Source: Rhodobacterales bacterium (lineage in GTDB: Bacteria > Pseudomonadota > Alphaproteobacteria > Rhodobacterales > Rhodobacteraceae). Taken from it: a stretch of DNA of 64,000 nucleotides. Of this stretch, positions 63,740 through 64,000 are shown piece by piece; the first letter of the stretch is position 1; each line of letters starts with the position of its first letter. Under the pieces are notes generated by a model, which saw only the letters and a program-made list of their open reading frames with translations, had not been told where the DNA came from and did not search any database. The stretch is from positions 5,324 through 69,323 of the forward strand of contig JBBSBK010000003.1 of assembly GCA_038251315.1 (NCBI GenBank). Reading direction: 5' to 3'. Position numbers and translations under genes: made by a program.

Positions 63740-64000
63740 TCATCGCGTCACATCACAGGTCAGGAACGTCAGGCTGCTGGCCCCGGTGGCAAGGTCGAGG
63801 GCGTGCAGCAGCAGCGTCGCCTCGCCCGTCACGAGCAGGGTCTGGCGATCGTGTCGCCCCTCGCTCCAAACGAAAGGGCCGATCCCCGACAGCGTGGTCA
63901 TCTGGGCAACCACACCATCGCGCGACAGGGTGTATTGGCCGTCGCCGTCAGTCCCAGTCGCCTCGGGTGTCAGGGTGAAACGGGTCGCGGTTGTGTCGGG
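63740..64000 (-). CDS. hypothetical protein, C-terminal part (5' end outside window)
   Basis: Hand translation of the minus strand is open from the window edge to a TGA at 63740..63742 (..GQYTLSRDGVVAQMTTLSGIGPFVWSEG..LTFLTCDVTR). High GC3. Not in the ORF track because it has no start inside the window. Confidence 0.45.
   Translation of the reverse strand, partial: PDTTATRFTLTPEATGTDGDGQYTLSRDGVVAQMTTLSGIGPFVWSEGRHDRQTLLVTGEATLLLHALDLATGASSLTFLTCDVTR

Overview
This is a high-GC alphaproteobacterial chromosome segment (GC judged by eye, not computed). Gene content and synteny are typical of Rhodobacterales (Rhodobacteraceae/Roseobacter group). I call 64 protein-coding genes (two cut by the window edges), one tRNA-Ser(CGA), and a few terminator or regulatory candidates.

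Most of the window is conserved housekeeping:
- rplU-rpmA-GNAT-obgE-proB-proA
- chpT, and olsBA (ornithine lipid)
- trmJ-like, ctaA and an M32 carboxypeptidase
- rplM-rpsI
- ppk2, metA, guaA, katG, lipA, hpt
- ispDF-pgpA-cinA
- the classic dusB-ntrBC-ntrYX-trkAH-hfq-hflX block
- a penicillin-acylase-family gene, a CDF transporter and livHM-type permeases

I saw no rRNA, CRISPR array, transposase, integrase, prophage module or recognisable defence cassette, and no obvious compositional island. I therefore do not claim a clear-cut novel multi-gene system here.

The observations most worth a second look are:
1. A divergent GafA-like (DUF6456) / Rcc01866-like (DUF6477) pair with CtrA-box-like motifs. 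With chpT and a DUF3553 gene in the same window, this points to the CtrA/gene-transfer-agent regulatory circuit.
2. A cytochrome c' gene translationally coupled to a membrane-anchored diheme cytochrome c, behind an NnrR/FNR-type box.
3. An uncharacterised P-loop protein coupled to metA.
4. An orphan non-pyrrolysine MttB-family methyltransferase.
5. An L21 protein carrying a roughly 150-aa C-terminal extension.

All family assignments come from reading the translated ORFs and from memory of those families. No database search was run. The many long ORFs antisense to these genes are treated as high-GC shadow ORFs.
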